From NCBI GenBank assembly GCA_963695555.1, contig CAVOGR010000002.1, positions 416,001 to 480,000 on the forward strand: a stretch of DNA of 64,000 nucleotides, written 5' to 3'. Shown in pieces: positions 47,006 through 55,852 of the stretch. Both the position numbers and the translations under genes were made by a program. Below the pieces are notes generated by a model, which was not told where the DNA came from, made no database searches, and was given only the letters and a program-made list of their open reading frames with translations. The DNA comes from an uncultured Gemmatimonadales bacterium (lineage in GTDB: Bacteria > Gemmatimonadota > Gemmatimonadetes > Gemmatimonadales > GWC2-71-9). Positions within the stretch are counted from its first letter, which is position 1. Every line of letters starts with the position of its first letter.

Positions 47006-47021
47006 TGTTTCACGTGAAACA
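47006..47021. promoter_or_regulatory. parS: parS centromere-like site
   Basis: Perfect TGTTTCACGTGAAACA palindrome directly upstream of parA-parB. Confidence 0.95.
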
Positions 47022-47179
47022 CCGCACCTATTCCTTCCCACGCTGGGCCTCACAGTGGGCCTCGGCACGCGAACCTCTTCGCCTGGCACGGCATTGCCTC
47101 TCGCTCACCTGAGCATATATTCCTGATCTCTTCAGACCACGCCGAACGCAGTCGATTGCAACGAAAATAATTTATCTAT

Positions 47180-47204
47180 TAACTGTATATTTAACAACAA
47201 GTTA
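47180..47204. promoter_or_regulatory. 25-bp motif copy C, IHF-like
   Basis: TAACTGTATATTTAACAACAAGTTA, ending 8 nt before the parA ATG in an AT-rich patch. Confidence 0.5.
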
Positions 47205-47212
47205 GGCAACTT

Positions 47213-48025
47213 ATGAGTCGCATCGTCGCGATCGCCAATCAGAAGGGTGGTGTGGGAAAGACCACGACTGCGGTCAACCTCGCTGCCTCGCTGGCCGCGG
47301 CGGAGCATCCCACGCTCCTGATCGATGCGGATCCGCAAGCCAATGCCACCAGTGGAGTTGGAATCCCGCGCGAGCGAATTGGCAGCTCACTCTACGATGT
47401 GCTGATCGATGGCCGCCCGCTGGCCGACGCGATTCTCAGCCACCCGACGCTGCCGGCCCTCGACGTGGTGCCCGCGACCCAGGACCTAGTGGGTGCGGAA
47501 GTCGAGCTGGTCGACCGGCCCGACCGAGAGACGACGCTCCGGCGCGCCCTGTCCGGTGCGACGAACGGGTATGAATTCGTTCTGCTCGATTGTCCGCCGT
47601 CGCTCGGGCTCCTGACGCTCAACGTATTGGCTGCGGCGGACTCGGTGCTCATTCCGATTCAATGCGAGTACTACGCCCTCGAAGGCATGTCTCAGCTGCT
47701 CAACACGATTCGCGTGGTCCAACAGAACTTCAATTTGTTGTTGGCCATCGATGGCGTGGTGCTCACGATGTACGACTCGCGGCTGAACTTGTCGCGACAG
47801 GTGGCGCAGGACGCCAACGAGTACTTCGGACCGAAAGTCTTCCGGACGGTGATTCCCCGGAATGTCCGACTGGCGGAGGCGCCGAGTTTCGGGAAGCCCA
47901 TTCTGTTGTATGACGTGCAGTCCGTCGGCGCGAAGCGCTACATCGCGCTGGCGCAAGAACTGGTGCGGCGACGCCCCTCGCTGCCGTTGGAGACCCCGAC
48001 ATCGATATCGGAGATTACTCGATGA
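47213..48025 (+). CDS. parA: chromosome partitioning ATPase ParA/Soj
   Basis: NQKGGVGKTTT, DPQANAT, DCPPSLG, QCEYYALEG and RNVRLAEAPS. Confidence 0.97.
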   Translation: MSRIVAIANQKGGVGKTTTAVNLAASLAAAEHPTLLIDADPQANATSGVGIPRERIGSSLYDVLIDGRPLADAILSHPTLPALDVVPATQDLVGAEVELVDRPDRETTLRRALSGATNGYEFVLLDCPPSLGLLTLNVLAAADSVLIPIQCEYYALEGMSQLLNTIRVVQQNFNLLLAIDGVVLTMYDSRLNLSRQVAQDANEYFGPKVFRTVIPRNVRLAEAPSFGKPILLYDVQSVGAKRYIALAQELVRRRPSLPLETPTSISEITR

Positions 48026-48903
48026 CTGAAACGCGCCGTCTGGGACGCGGACTCGAGGCGTTGCTCGGCCCGATCACGCGAGAGGAAGCCGAGCGCGAAG
48101 GCAGTCTCCGCGAGCTGCCGACGATCGCCATTCGCCCCAACCCGTATCAGCCCCGCGAAGCAATTGATGACCAGGCGCTGCAAGAGCTGACTGATTCGAT
48201 TCAGGCGTCGGGTCTCCTCCAGCCGGTGCTGGTGCGACCAGCGGGCGACGGTTATCAACTCATTGCCGGCGAACGGCGCTGGCGTGCCATCCAACGCCTG
48301 GGTTGGAAGAGCATGCCGGCCGTCGTGCGTGAGGTCGATGACCGCACCTTGCTGACCCTGGCATTGATCGAGAACCTGCAGCGCGACAACCTCTCGCCCA
48401 TCGAAGAGGCGCGGGGCTATCAACGACTGGCGGACGAGTTTGACCAGTCCCTGGCCGAGGTTGCCCGGCTGGTCGGCCGCGACCGCTCGACCGTGGCGAA
48501 TACCGTTCGCTTGCTGAACTTGCCGGAAGCAGTGCAGGACATGGTCGGCAGAGGCGAGCTCTCCGCCGGACATGTCCGGCCGCTGCTCGCGCTCACGAGC
48601 GCCCCCGCCATGCTGCGGCTCGCCCGTGAGGCCGTGACCCATGGGTGGTCGGTGCGAGACGTCGAGAACCACGTCCGTACCGGCGGCGCCCGAGCCGGCA
48701 CCCGCGGCAAGAAGCCGGTCAAGCCCCAGGCCGCCACGACCGAGGCGCGGCGCATCGAAGAGGCCCTCCGGGAACGGCTCCAAACCGACGTGCGACTCAC
48801 AGCGCGGCGGCGCGGGCGAGGGCTCTTGACCATCAGCTACTATTCCAATGACGACCTGGCCCGGATTCTCGAAGTCGTGCTCGGGAGGCCATTCGACGGA
48901 TGA
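48022..48903 (+). CDS. parB: chromosome partitioning protein ParB/Spo0J
   Basis: LGRGLEAL, PNPYQPR, AGERRWRA, ENLQR and an HTH. Confidence 0.97.
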   Translation: MTETRRLGRGLEALLGPITREEAEREGSLRELPTIAIRPNPYQPREAIDDQALQELTDSIQASGLLQPVLVRPAGDGYQLIAGERRWRAIQRLGWKSMPAVVREVDDRTLLTLALIENLQRDNLSPIEEARGYQRLADEFDQSLAEVARLVGRDRSTVANTVRLLNLPEAVQDMVGRGELSAGHVRPLLALTSAPAMLRLAREAVTHGWSVRDVENHVRTGGARAGTRGKKPVKPQAATTEARRIEEALRERLQTDVRLTARRRGRGLLTISYYSNDDLARILEVVLGRPFDG

Positions 48904-49700
48904 CGCGTTCCGATCGTGGAGTCACGATCGTCGTGCACCGTGACGGGGAGCTAACGTCACGCAGTCTGCGATTCTCCCAGCGAGCCCTGGTAGCGGGGGC
49001 GGTGGCGGCAACCCTGTTGCTGTTAGGGCTTGCCGCGATTCTCTTCTTCTACGGCCCCATCGTGCGAGCCGCCGCCAGCGTTCCCGGTCTCAAACGTGAT
49101 ATCGCACGATTGGAAGCGGACAACGCCCAAGTGCACACGCTGGCCCGGGCACTCGAAGATGCGGAAGCCCGCTACTACCAGCTTCGGGAAATGATGGGGG
49201 CGGACATCATCCGCGAACCGGTGGGATTCGCCCCGACGGTACCCGTTGCGCTGCCCATCGAGGCGCGGCCCCCTGGTGCTGCGCCCCGGTTCGAGTCGGG
49301 GGCCTCGATTCCGAAACACTGGCCACTCGACGAAGAGGGCTACGTCACTCGCGGCCAAATCGGAGCGGACACGCGCGACGAAGCACACCCCGGCATCGAT
49401 GTGGCCGTGTCCATCGGAAGCCCGGTACGCGCGGTCGGCGGAGGCCGGGTGCTCGATGCCGGGTCGGACCCCGAAGTGTACGGGCTCTTCGTGTTGCTCG
49501 AGCATCCCGAGGGCTACCAGTCGATGTACGGTCACCTCTCACGAGTGACCGTGGCGGTGGGAGACTCCGTTTCGGCCGGTCAAGTGATCGGCCTCTCAGG
49601 AAACAGCGGCCGCTCCAGTGCACCCCACCTGCACCTCGAAATCCGCCGCGAAGGCCGCTCGCTCGACCCGCTGACTCTGGTTCAGGAGGAAACTCGCTGA
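48900..49700 (+). CDS. M23 family metallopeptidase (TM, coiled coil, M23 domain)
   Basis: HPGID, YGHLS and PHLHLE motifs. Confidence 0.92.
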   Translation: MTRSDRGVTIVVHRDGELTSRSLRFSQRALVAGAVAATLLLLGLAAILFFYGPIVRAAASVPGLKRDIARLEADNAQVHTLARALEDAEARYYQLREMMGADIIREPVGFAPTVPVALPIEARPPGAAPRFESGASIPKHWPLDEEGYVTRGQIGADTRDEAHPGIDVAVSIGSPVRAVGGGRVLDAGSDPEVYGLFVLLEHPEGYQSMYGHLSRVTVAVGDSVSAGQVIGLSGNSGRSSAPHLHLEIRREGRSLDPLTLVQEETR

Positions 49701-50128
49701 TGGCCATGTTCAAAGAGCCGGCTCGCGAAGGCGCAGAGCCTCCGCGACGCAGCACCCAGCCAGCTTCGTTATCGATTATTGCGAGCGACCTGACCGTCAT
49801 CGGCGATCTCGAAACGTCCGGCGTGGTCAAAGTCGAGGGACGGGTCCAGGGATCCGTTCGGGCAGGCACCCAAGTGTTGGTCTCGACCGAGGCGCTGATC
49901 GAAGGAGACATTCAGACCAAAGAGGCCATCATCGGCGGCGAGGTGAGTGGCGCGATCCGAGCCGAAGACCGGGTCGAGATCCAGGCCACGGCGCTCATCA
50001 ACGGCGACATCACCTCGCGCCGGATCGTTATGCTCGAGGGCGGTCGCGTGAACGGAGAAATCAAGATGGACGCCGCCGCGGTGGAGAAGGCCGACGTAAT
50101 CGACGGTGGCGCCACACCTTCGGAATGA
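49700..50128 (+). CDS. bactofilin (polymer-forming cytoskeletal protein, DUF583)
   Basis: Beta-helix repeats such as VIGDL, VEGRVQG, IEGDI, IGGEVSG and INGDI; follows the M23 gene (TGATG overlap). Confidence 0.92.
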   Translation: MAMFKEPAREGAEPPRRSTQPASLSIIASDLTVIGDLETSGVVKVEGRVQGSVRAGTQVLVSTEALIEGDIQTKEAIIGGEVSGAIRAEDRVEIQATALINGDITSRRIVMLEGGRVNGEIKMDAAAVEKADVIDGGATPSE

Positions 50129-50152
50129 TCGCCCCATTTTGCCGGAGTCCGA

Positions 50153-51160
50153 GTGTCTAGTTACTGGCGCTATACTGTCTTGATGCTGGCGATAGTTGCG
50201 GTCGGTTGCCGCAGCAATGACAGCTCCTCGGCCCCCCGGGTCGGACTCATCACCCCGGGGTCTATTGCCGATGCGGCGTGGAACTCGGGTGCCTTCCAGG
50301 GACTCACGCAGATCCACGACAGCCTGGGCGTCGACGTAAGCCACGTCGAAGCCAAGACCCCGGGTGCCCAGGAGGAAGCGCTACGGACCTATGCGGCGCA
50401 GGGCTATGACCTGGTGTTCGGCCATGGCTTCGAGTTCCAGGACATGGCCGAGCGAGTCGCCATGGAGTACCCCGTGACTGTCTTCATCATCACGTCGGGG
50501 ATCCGCACCGTGGGGCAGGTGGCGCCCATGATCTTTCGGCTCGAGGAAGCGAGTTACCTGGCCGGCATGGTCGCGGGGGGGATGACCCAAACCGGTATCA
50601 TCGGATTCGTCGGGGGCATCGAACTTCCACCGATCCGCTCTGCCTACGATGGCTGGGTGAATGGCGCCCGCGCGGTGAACCCGGCGGTCGAGCCCCGGCT
50701 CATCTACATCAACACCTTCGAAGACGCTGCCGCGGGACGCGAGGCCGCCCTCGCTCTCATTCGGCTCGGTGCCGACATGATCCACCACAACGCGGATGCC
50801 GCAGCCCTCGGCGTGTTCCAAGCCGTGAAGGAGAGTCCGGCCGTTTACGTCTTCGGTGCGAACGCCGATCAGTCCGACCTCGCTCCCGACCGCGTGCTCG
50901 GCTCGGCGGTCATCGACCTGCCCAGAGCGTTCTTGGCCGTCGCCCGTGAAGTTGTCGACGGGACGTTCACACCGCGGGTCGAGAGCTTTGGTTTGGCCAG
51001 CGGCGTCATCAGGTATGCAGTGAATCCAAGAACAACAGCGCTGATTCCCACGGCGCTGAGTGCCCGCATCGCCGCAGCCGCAGATTCGATCTCGCGAGGC
51101 CTGCTGAATCCGACTCCTGTTCCTGCCCCCGATCCGGTACCTGCGTCGGCCACCCCGTGA
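50153..51160 (+). CDS. BMP family ABC substrate-binding lipoprotein (nucleoside type)
   Basis: Lipobox AVGC; DAAWN, GHGFEF, EASYLAG and IGFVGG. Confidence 0.9.
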   Translation: MSSYWRYTVLMLAIVAVGCRSNDSSSAPRVGLITPGSIADAAWNSGAFQGLTQIHDSLGVDVSHVEAKTPGAQEEALRTYAAQGYDLVFGHGFEFQDMAERVAMEYPVTVFIITSGIRTVGQVAPMIFRLEEASYLAGMVAGGMTQTGIIGFVGGIELPPIRSAYDGWVNGARAVNPAVEPRLIYINTFEDAAAGREAALALIRLGADMIHHNADAAALGVFQAVKESPAVYVFGANADQSDLAPDRVLGSAVIDLPRAFLAVAREVVDGTFTPRVESFGLASGVIRYAVNPRTTALIPTALSARIAAAADSISRGLLNPTPVPAPDPVPASATP

Positions 51161-51930
51161 ACAAGCAGGTTTCCCTCGACGCCGTCACGGACTTCCTGGA
51201 TCAGTATCTCAGGATCCATGATGTTCCCGATGAGCCCAATGCCCTCAACGGTCTCCAGGTAGAGAACTCAGGAACGATCAGTCGGCTGATGGCAGCGGTC
51301 GACGCCTCCCAGGCCACCATCGACGGGGTCGCCGAGCAGTCACCGGAAGGCCCTCCGCTCTTGCTGGTACATCATGGACTATTTTGGGATGGCAACGTCC
51401 CCCTTACGGGACGGCGGATTCGGCGCGTGCGGCGGGTCTTGGTGAATGACATCGCTCTCTACAGCGCCCACCTGCCGTTGGATATCCACCCTGAAGTGGG
51501 CAACAACGTGGAGCTGGCCCGAGCGATAGGGCTCGATGTGTCCGGATGGTTCGGCGATCATCTGGGGATCCCTATCGGGGTATGGGGTGCCCTCTCGGTG
51601 TCTCGCCAGACGCTGGTCGAACGGCTCGACCAGGTGTTGGGGACCCGCTCGCTACTGCTCCCAGGCGGGCCAGAGCAGGTCGGCCGGTTAGGCATCATCA
51701 CCGGTGGCGCGGGTTCCATGATTGCCGCCGCCCGGGACGCCGGGCTCGATACGTTCATCACCGGGGAAGGGGCACATCACACCTACTTCGATGCCATGGA
51801 ATGGGGCATCAACACGGTGTACGCAGGTCACTACGCCACCGAACAACTGGGCGTCCAGGCGCTGGCTCGAAAAGTTGCCGCCGAATTCAACCTCCCCTGG
51901 AGCTTTCTCTCGTACCCAACGGGACTCTGA
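51157..51930 (+). CDS. Nif3/YbgI (DUF34) dinuclear metal-center protein
   Basis: NGLQVE, VHHGLFW, HLPLDIHPEVGNN, FITGE and AGHYATE. Confidence 0.93.
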   Translation: MNKQVSLDAVTDFLDQYLRIHDVPDEPNALNGLQVENSGTISRLMAAVDASQATIDGVAEQSPEGPPLLLVHHGLFWDGNVPLTGRRIRRVRRVLVNDIALYSAHLPLDIHPEVGNNVELARAIGLDVSGWFGDHLGIPIGVWGALSVSRQTLVERLDQVLGTRSLLLPGGPEQVGRLGIITGGAGSMIAAARDAGLDTFITGEGAHHTYFDAMEWGINTVYAGHYATEQLGVQALARKVAAEFNLPWSFLSYPTGL

Positions 51931-51953
51931 CCCACCTGCCGAGTTCCCCCGTC

Positions 51954-53438
51954 ATGCTGCCGCTCACGCTGCGTGGGATCCACAAGCACTTCGGTGCGGT
52001 TCATGCCGTGCGCGGTGTCGACTTTACCCTTGGGCCTGGAGAGGTCCACGCCTTGCTCGGGGAAAACGGGGCGGGCAAGTCCACCCTGATGCACATCGCC
52101 TTCGGTCTGGTTCGCGCCGACCGGGGTGACGTTGTGGTCGACGGCGTGGCACGAGCACTTCGCTCCCCGCGCGAAGCGCGTCGGCTTGGCGTCGGCATGG
52201 TGCACCAGCACTTCACCTCGGTTCCCGCGCTCAGCGTTGCGGAAAACATCGCCTTAGCGGCCGGCTGGAGTCCCAAGACACGACAGCTCGCCGAGCGCGT
52301 CGATGGCGTCTTTCGGCGCGTCGGTCTGGCGCTCGATCCAAACGCACCTGCCTGGACCCTCCCGGTCGCGCTCAAACAGCGACTCGAGATCGTCAAGGCG
52401 CTGGCCACGGGCGTGCGCATTCTGCTGCTGGACGAACCCACTGCGGTTCTTGCCCCGGCCGAAGCGGACGAGCTGCTCCGCGTAGTTCGCCGCTTCACCG
52501 AGCAGGGAGGCGCGGCGGTTTTGATCACCCATAAACTGCGCGAAGCGTTGGCGACCGCCGACACCGTCACCGTGCTCAGGCGTGGGCAAGTCACCTTCTC
52601 GGGCCCGACAGCGGAGGTCGACGCCGACAGCGTGCTGCGTTACATGATCGGTGGCCGATTGCCCGAGTCACGGCCGGCGCCGGCCGCGGCGCCCGGCGCG
52701 GTGCGTATTCGGGCGGAGGCACTCGAAGTGGCGCGGGACGGGCGGGGAGGAACCGCTCTGCTGCAGGCCACCTTTTCCGTACGAGCGGGTGAAATCGTCG
52801 GTATCGCAGCGGTCGAGGGCAACGGACAGCGGGAACTCATGCGTGCAGTCGTAGGGTTGCTGCCGTCGTTGCGCGGGCGCTTGGATGTCACAGGACCGGT
52901 TGGATTCGTGCCTGAAGATCGGACGACCGAGGGGCTCATTCCCGAGTTCTCCCTGACGGAGAACCTGGTGCTCGGCCTCGATCGTAGTGCGCCGTGGGTT
53001 CGCGGGCGCCGATTCAGACGCATCGACTGGCATGCCGCCCGCGAAAGCGCCGCCGACATTCTGCGGAACTTCGAGGTGGACGCACCGGGTCCCGGGGTTC
53101 CGGCGGCCAGCCTCAGTGGAGGCAACCAACAACGACTGGTGATCGCGCGGGCGCTCGAGCAGGAGCCGACGGTGTTGGTGGCGGAGAACCCAACCCGTGG
53201 CCTCGATATCCGGGCGGCCCAGGCCGTGGAGGCCAGACTTCGGGCAGCGGCCCACGAGGGAGCCGCCGTGTTGGTCTATTCGAGTGACCTCGACGAGATC
53301 CTCCAGATCGCCAACCGGGTGCTGGTCGTCGCCGGTGGAACCGTGACGGAAGTCCCGCCCCACGCACGCCGTGAGGACGTGGGGGCGATGATGCTGAATG
53401 TGCATGCTGAGCGCGCCGATCCGAGTGGGTCTCGATGA
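51954..53438 (+). CDS. nucleoside/sugar (CUT2) ABC transporter ATP-binding protein with two NBDs
   Basis: GENGAGKST, GMVHQHF, LDEPT, GNGQREL, LSGGNQQ and PTRGLD. Confidence 0.93.
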   Translation: MLPLTLRGIHKHFGAVHAVRGVDFTLGPGEVHALLGENGAGKSTLMHIAFGLVRADRGDVVVDGVARALRSPREARRLGVGMVHQHFTSVPALSVAENIALAAGWSPKTRQLAERVDGVFRRVGLALDPNAPAWTLPVALKQRLEIVKALATGVRILLLDEPTAVLAPAEADELLRVVRRFTEQGGAAVLITHKLREALATADTVTVLRRGQVTFSGPTAEVDADSVLRYMIGGRLPESRPAPAAAPGAVRIRAEALEVARDGRGGTALLQATFSVRAGEIVGIAAVEGNGQRELMRAVVGLLPSLRGRLDVTGPVGFVPEDRTTEGLIPEFSLTENLVLGLDRSAPWVRGRRFRRIDWHAARESAADILRNFEVDAPGPGVPAASLSGGNQQRLVIARALEQEPTVLVAENPTRGLDIRAAQAVEARLRAAAHEGAAVLVYSSDLDEILQIANRVLVVAGGTVTEVPPHARREDVGAMMLNVHAERADPSGSR

Positions 53439-54496
53439 CCCTTACCCGGCTCCACTGGTCGGCCCTGGTCGTGGCGTCGGCGTTCTCAGCCGGAATCGCG
53501 ATTCTCGCGCTGGGGCTCTGGGCCAGTGGTTACGACGCGCCCCAGGCACTGACCGCATTGTGGAACGGCGCCTTCGGGTCGTGGTATGCCTTTACCTCAG
53601 CCACGCTGCTGCGCGCCGTGCCGTTGATCATCATCGGGCTCGGCTTCGCCTTGGCCCTCCAAGGCGGTGCGCTCAACATTGGCGCCGAGGGACAATTCTA
53701 TGCCGGCGCCATTGCCGCAACCTGGGTCGGGCTCGAGGTCGGACACTGGCCTCTCGTACCGGCCATCGGCACGATCGTGGCCGTCGCGACAATTGCCGGT
53801 GCGCTGTGGATGGTCGTCCCGGTCTGGCTCAAACTGCGCTTCGGCGTCATCGAGGTCATCAGCACGCTGCTGCTCAATTTCGTCGCCGAGTCCCTGGTGT
53901 CACTCATGGTCCAGGGACCCCTCCAGGAATCCACCGGCGTGTTTCCACAAAGCAATCCACTTCCGCTCTCGGCCCGCCTGCCCATCCTGCCCGGCACGCG
54001 TCTCCATCTCGGCTTCCTGTTCGCGCTCGCGCTGAGTGTCGTGGCGTGGTACGTCGTGACCCGAACGGTGTGGGGGTTTCGACTTCGAGCAGTCGGCGCC
54101 AGCCCTCGGGCCGCGGAAGTATCGGGTCGGATCAAGAGCGGCCGGATCCTGGGCACGGCGCTCTTGTGGTCCGGTGCGCTTGCCGGTCTGGCCGGCGGGC
54201 TCGAGGTCAGCGGCGTCTCCTACGCGCTCTACCAAAACCTTTCGCCCGGCTACGGCTTTACCGCAATCGCCGTTGCATTGCTCGCCCGCCTCCGTCCGAT
54301 CGGAATCGTATTTACCGGGATCCTATTCGGCGCGCTCGAAGCCGGCGCCGGTGCGATGCAACGGGACGCCGGAATTCCGTCCGTCGCGGTCTATGTGGTC
54401 GAGGCTGTCGTGATTCTGGTCATCGTTCTCGCCGATTCGCGCCTCCGCCATCTGGGACGATCGACCGTACGCCGCCCAAGTCCGGCGGCCGCCTAA
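53435..54496 (+). CDS. nucleoside ABC transporter permease 1
   Basis: NIGAEGQ, EVISTLLLN and GYGFTAIAVALL. Confidence 0.92.
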   Translation: MTLTRLHWSALVVASAFSAGIAILALGLWASGYDAPQALTALWNGAFGSWYAFTSATLLRAVPLIIIGLGFALALQGGALNIGAEGQFYAGAIAATWVGLEVGHWPLVPAIGTIVAVATIAGALWMVVPVWLKLRFGVIEVISTLLLNFVAESLVSLMVQGPLQESTGVFPQSNPLPLSARLPILPGTRLHLGFLFALALSVVAWYVVTRTVWGFRLRAVGASPRAAEVSGRIKSGRILGTALLWSGALAGLAGGLEVSGVSYALYQNLSPGYGFTAIAVALLARLRPIGIVFTGILFGALEAGAGAMQRDAGIPSVAVYVVEAVVILVIVLADSRLRHLGRSTVRRPSPAAA

Positions 54497-54499
54497 GAC

Positions 54500-55426
54500 A
54501 TGGACATCACCACCCTCGTCGCGGGCTTCCTGGCCGCCGCCGTCAGAGTCGCCACACCGCTCCTGCTCGCGGCCACCGGCGAGACCCTCGGTGAGCGCGC
54601 CGGCGTCATCAACCTCGGCATCGAGGGGGCGATGTTGGGTGGCGCGTTGGCAGCCGCACTCGGTGCCTTGCATGGCGGCCCATGGGTTGGCGTCCTCGCG
54701 GCTGCCCTGGCGGGGGCGGCGGTGGCCGCAATCTTTGCAATCGTGGCGGTGGGCGCCGGGGCCGATCAGATCATCACCGGGACGGCCCTGACCCTCGGTG
54801 CCTTCGGCCTGACCGGCGCGCTCTACCGGCAGTCGTTTGGCGCGGCCGGGGCCGGGCTCTCGATCCCGACCATGGGCATCATCGAGCTGCCGGGTCTTCA
54901 TGCCATCCCGATCATCGGCCAGGCTTTCTTCGCTCAGCCCGCACCTACGTACATCGCCATGGCTGCCGTGCCGGCCCTCTGGTGGCTTCTGTTTCGCACC
55001 CGGTGGGGGCTCGCCGTTCGCGCGGTTGGGGAATCGCCGTCAGCGGCGCGTGCCGCGGGTGTCCGGGTACGCACCACGCGGAGTATCGCCACCATCGTGG
55101 GGGGATTACTGGCCGGCCTGGGTGGCGCAAGCCTCGTGTTGGCTCAGGTCGGGACGTTCGCGGAGAAGATGACCGCCGGCCGCGGCTTCGTGGCCATCGC
55201 CATCGTCGTGCTGGGCCGGTGGCATCCGGTTGGCGTAGCCATCGCCGCCCTGATCTTCGGCGCGGCCAGCGCGCTCCAGTTTGTGTTTCAGGCGATGGGG
55301 CTTGCTGTGCCGTACCAGCTCTTCCTCATGCTGCCGTATGGGTTGACGCTGTTGGCGCTCGCCGGCGTGGTCGGCCGAGTGCGCGCGCCCGCGGGCCTGG
55401 GGCGAGGCACCGAGGAAACGGGATAA
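54500..55426 (+). CDS. nucleoside ABC transporter permease 2
   Basis: ERAGVINLGIEG, RAVGESP, GRGFVAIA and MLPY. Confidence 0.92.
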   Translation: MDITTLVAGFLAAAVRVATPLLLAATGETLGERAGVINLGIEGAMLGGALAAALGALHGGPWVGVLAAALAGAAVAAIFAIVAVGAGADQIITGTALTLGAFGLTGALYRQSFGAAGAGLSIPTMGIIELPGLHAIPIIGQAFFAQPAPTYIAMAAVPALWWLLFRTRWGLAVRAVGESPSAARAAGVRVRTTRSIATIVGGLLAGLGGASLVLAQVGTFAEKMTAGRGFVAIAIVVLGRWHPVGVAIAALIFGAASALQFVFQAMGLAVPYQLFLMLPYGLTLLALAGVVGRVRAPAGLGRGTEETG

Positions 55427-55444
55427 TCTTCACGAGGGCCTCGA

Positions 55445-55469
55445 CGGTCACGCCGGTCACGCCGGTCAC
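55445..55469. repeat. short tandem repeat (CGGTCACGC, about 2.8 copies)
   Basis: CGGTCACGC CGGTCACGC CGGTCAC between convergent genes; the last copy includes the cytochrome c stop. Confidence 0.6.
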
Positions 55470-55852
55470 TCGACCCCGGCCTGCCGCTGGAGCCAGCGCA
55501 CGTAGTCCGTAATCTGGGCCACCTCCTCTCGGTTCACTCCCGGGACTGGTTGCATCGGGCCGAAATTCCAGTGGTGCGCCTGGACCCCGAATGCCACCGC
55601 ACGCTGGAACGCCGCATCGGCATGATGGGTCGGCCGATAGATTCGGTCGATGAGGGGCGGTCCGCGATCCGTCCCCGTGCCATGGCGCCCATGACATGTC
55701 GCACACCGCGCCTCGTAACGCTGCTCGCCCTCGTGGAACTCGGTCGGCGTCTGACCGGGATCGAACGCCCGGAGTTCGTTCGGGGGCGCGGCTCGTTTAC
55801 ACCCCGCTCCGCCCAGCAGCATTGTCACCGCGATCGTCCAGAACCGACTCAT
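55466..55852 (-). CDS. monoheme c-type cytochrome, probable lipoprotein
   Basis: Lipobox GAGC, CATCH heme motif, GPPL and distal Met in GPMQP. Confidence 0.9.
   Translation of the reverse strand: MSRFWTIAVTMLLGGAGCKRAAPPNELRAFDPGQTPTEFHEGEQRYEARCATCHGRHGTGTDRGPPLIDRIYRPTHHADAAFQRAVAFGVQAHHWNFGPMQPVPGVNREEVAQITDYVRWLQRQAGVE

Noticed and set aside
47084..47097. TGGCACGGCATTGC upstream of parA as a sigma-54 promoter
   Set aside because: GG-to-GC spacing is 9 nt rather than the strictly required 10.
47110..47212. AT-rich patch next to parS as oriC
   Set aside because: No cluster of DnaA boxes (TTATCCACA-like) is visible and dnaA is not in the window. It is better explained as the parAB promoter region.
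50171..50185. TATACT 6 nt before ATG 50183 as a leaderless start for the BMP gene
   Set aside because: Starting there would leave a signal peptide too short and uncharged. The GTG at 50153 gives a proper lipoprotein signal.
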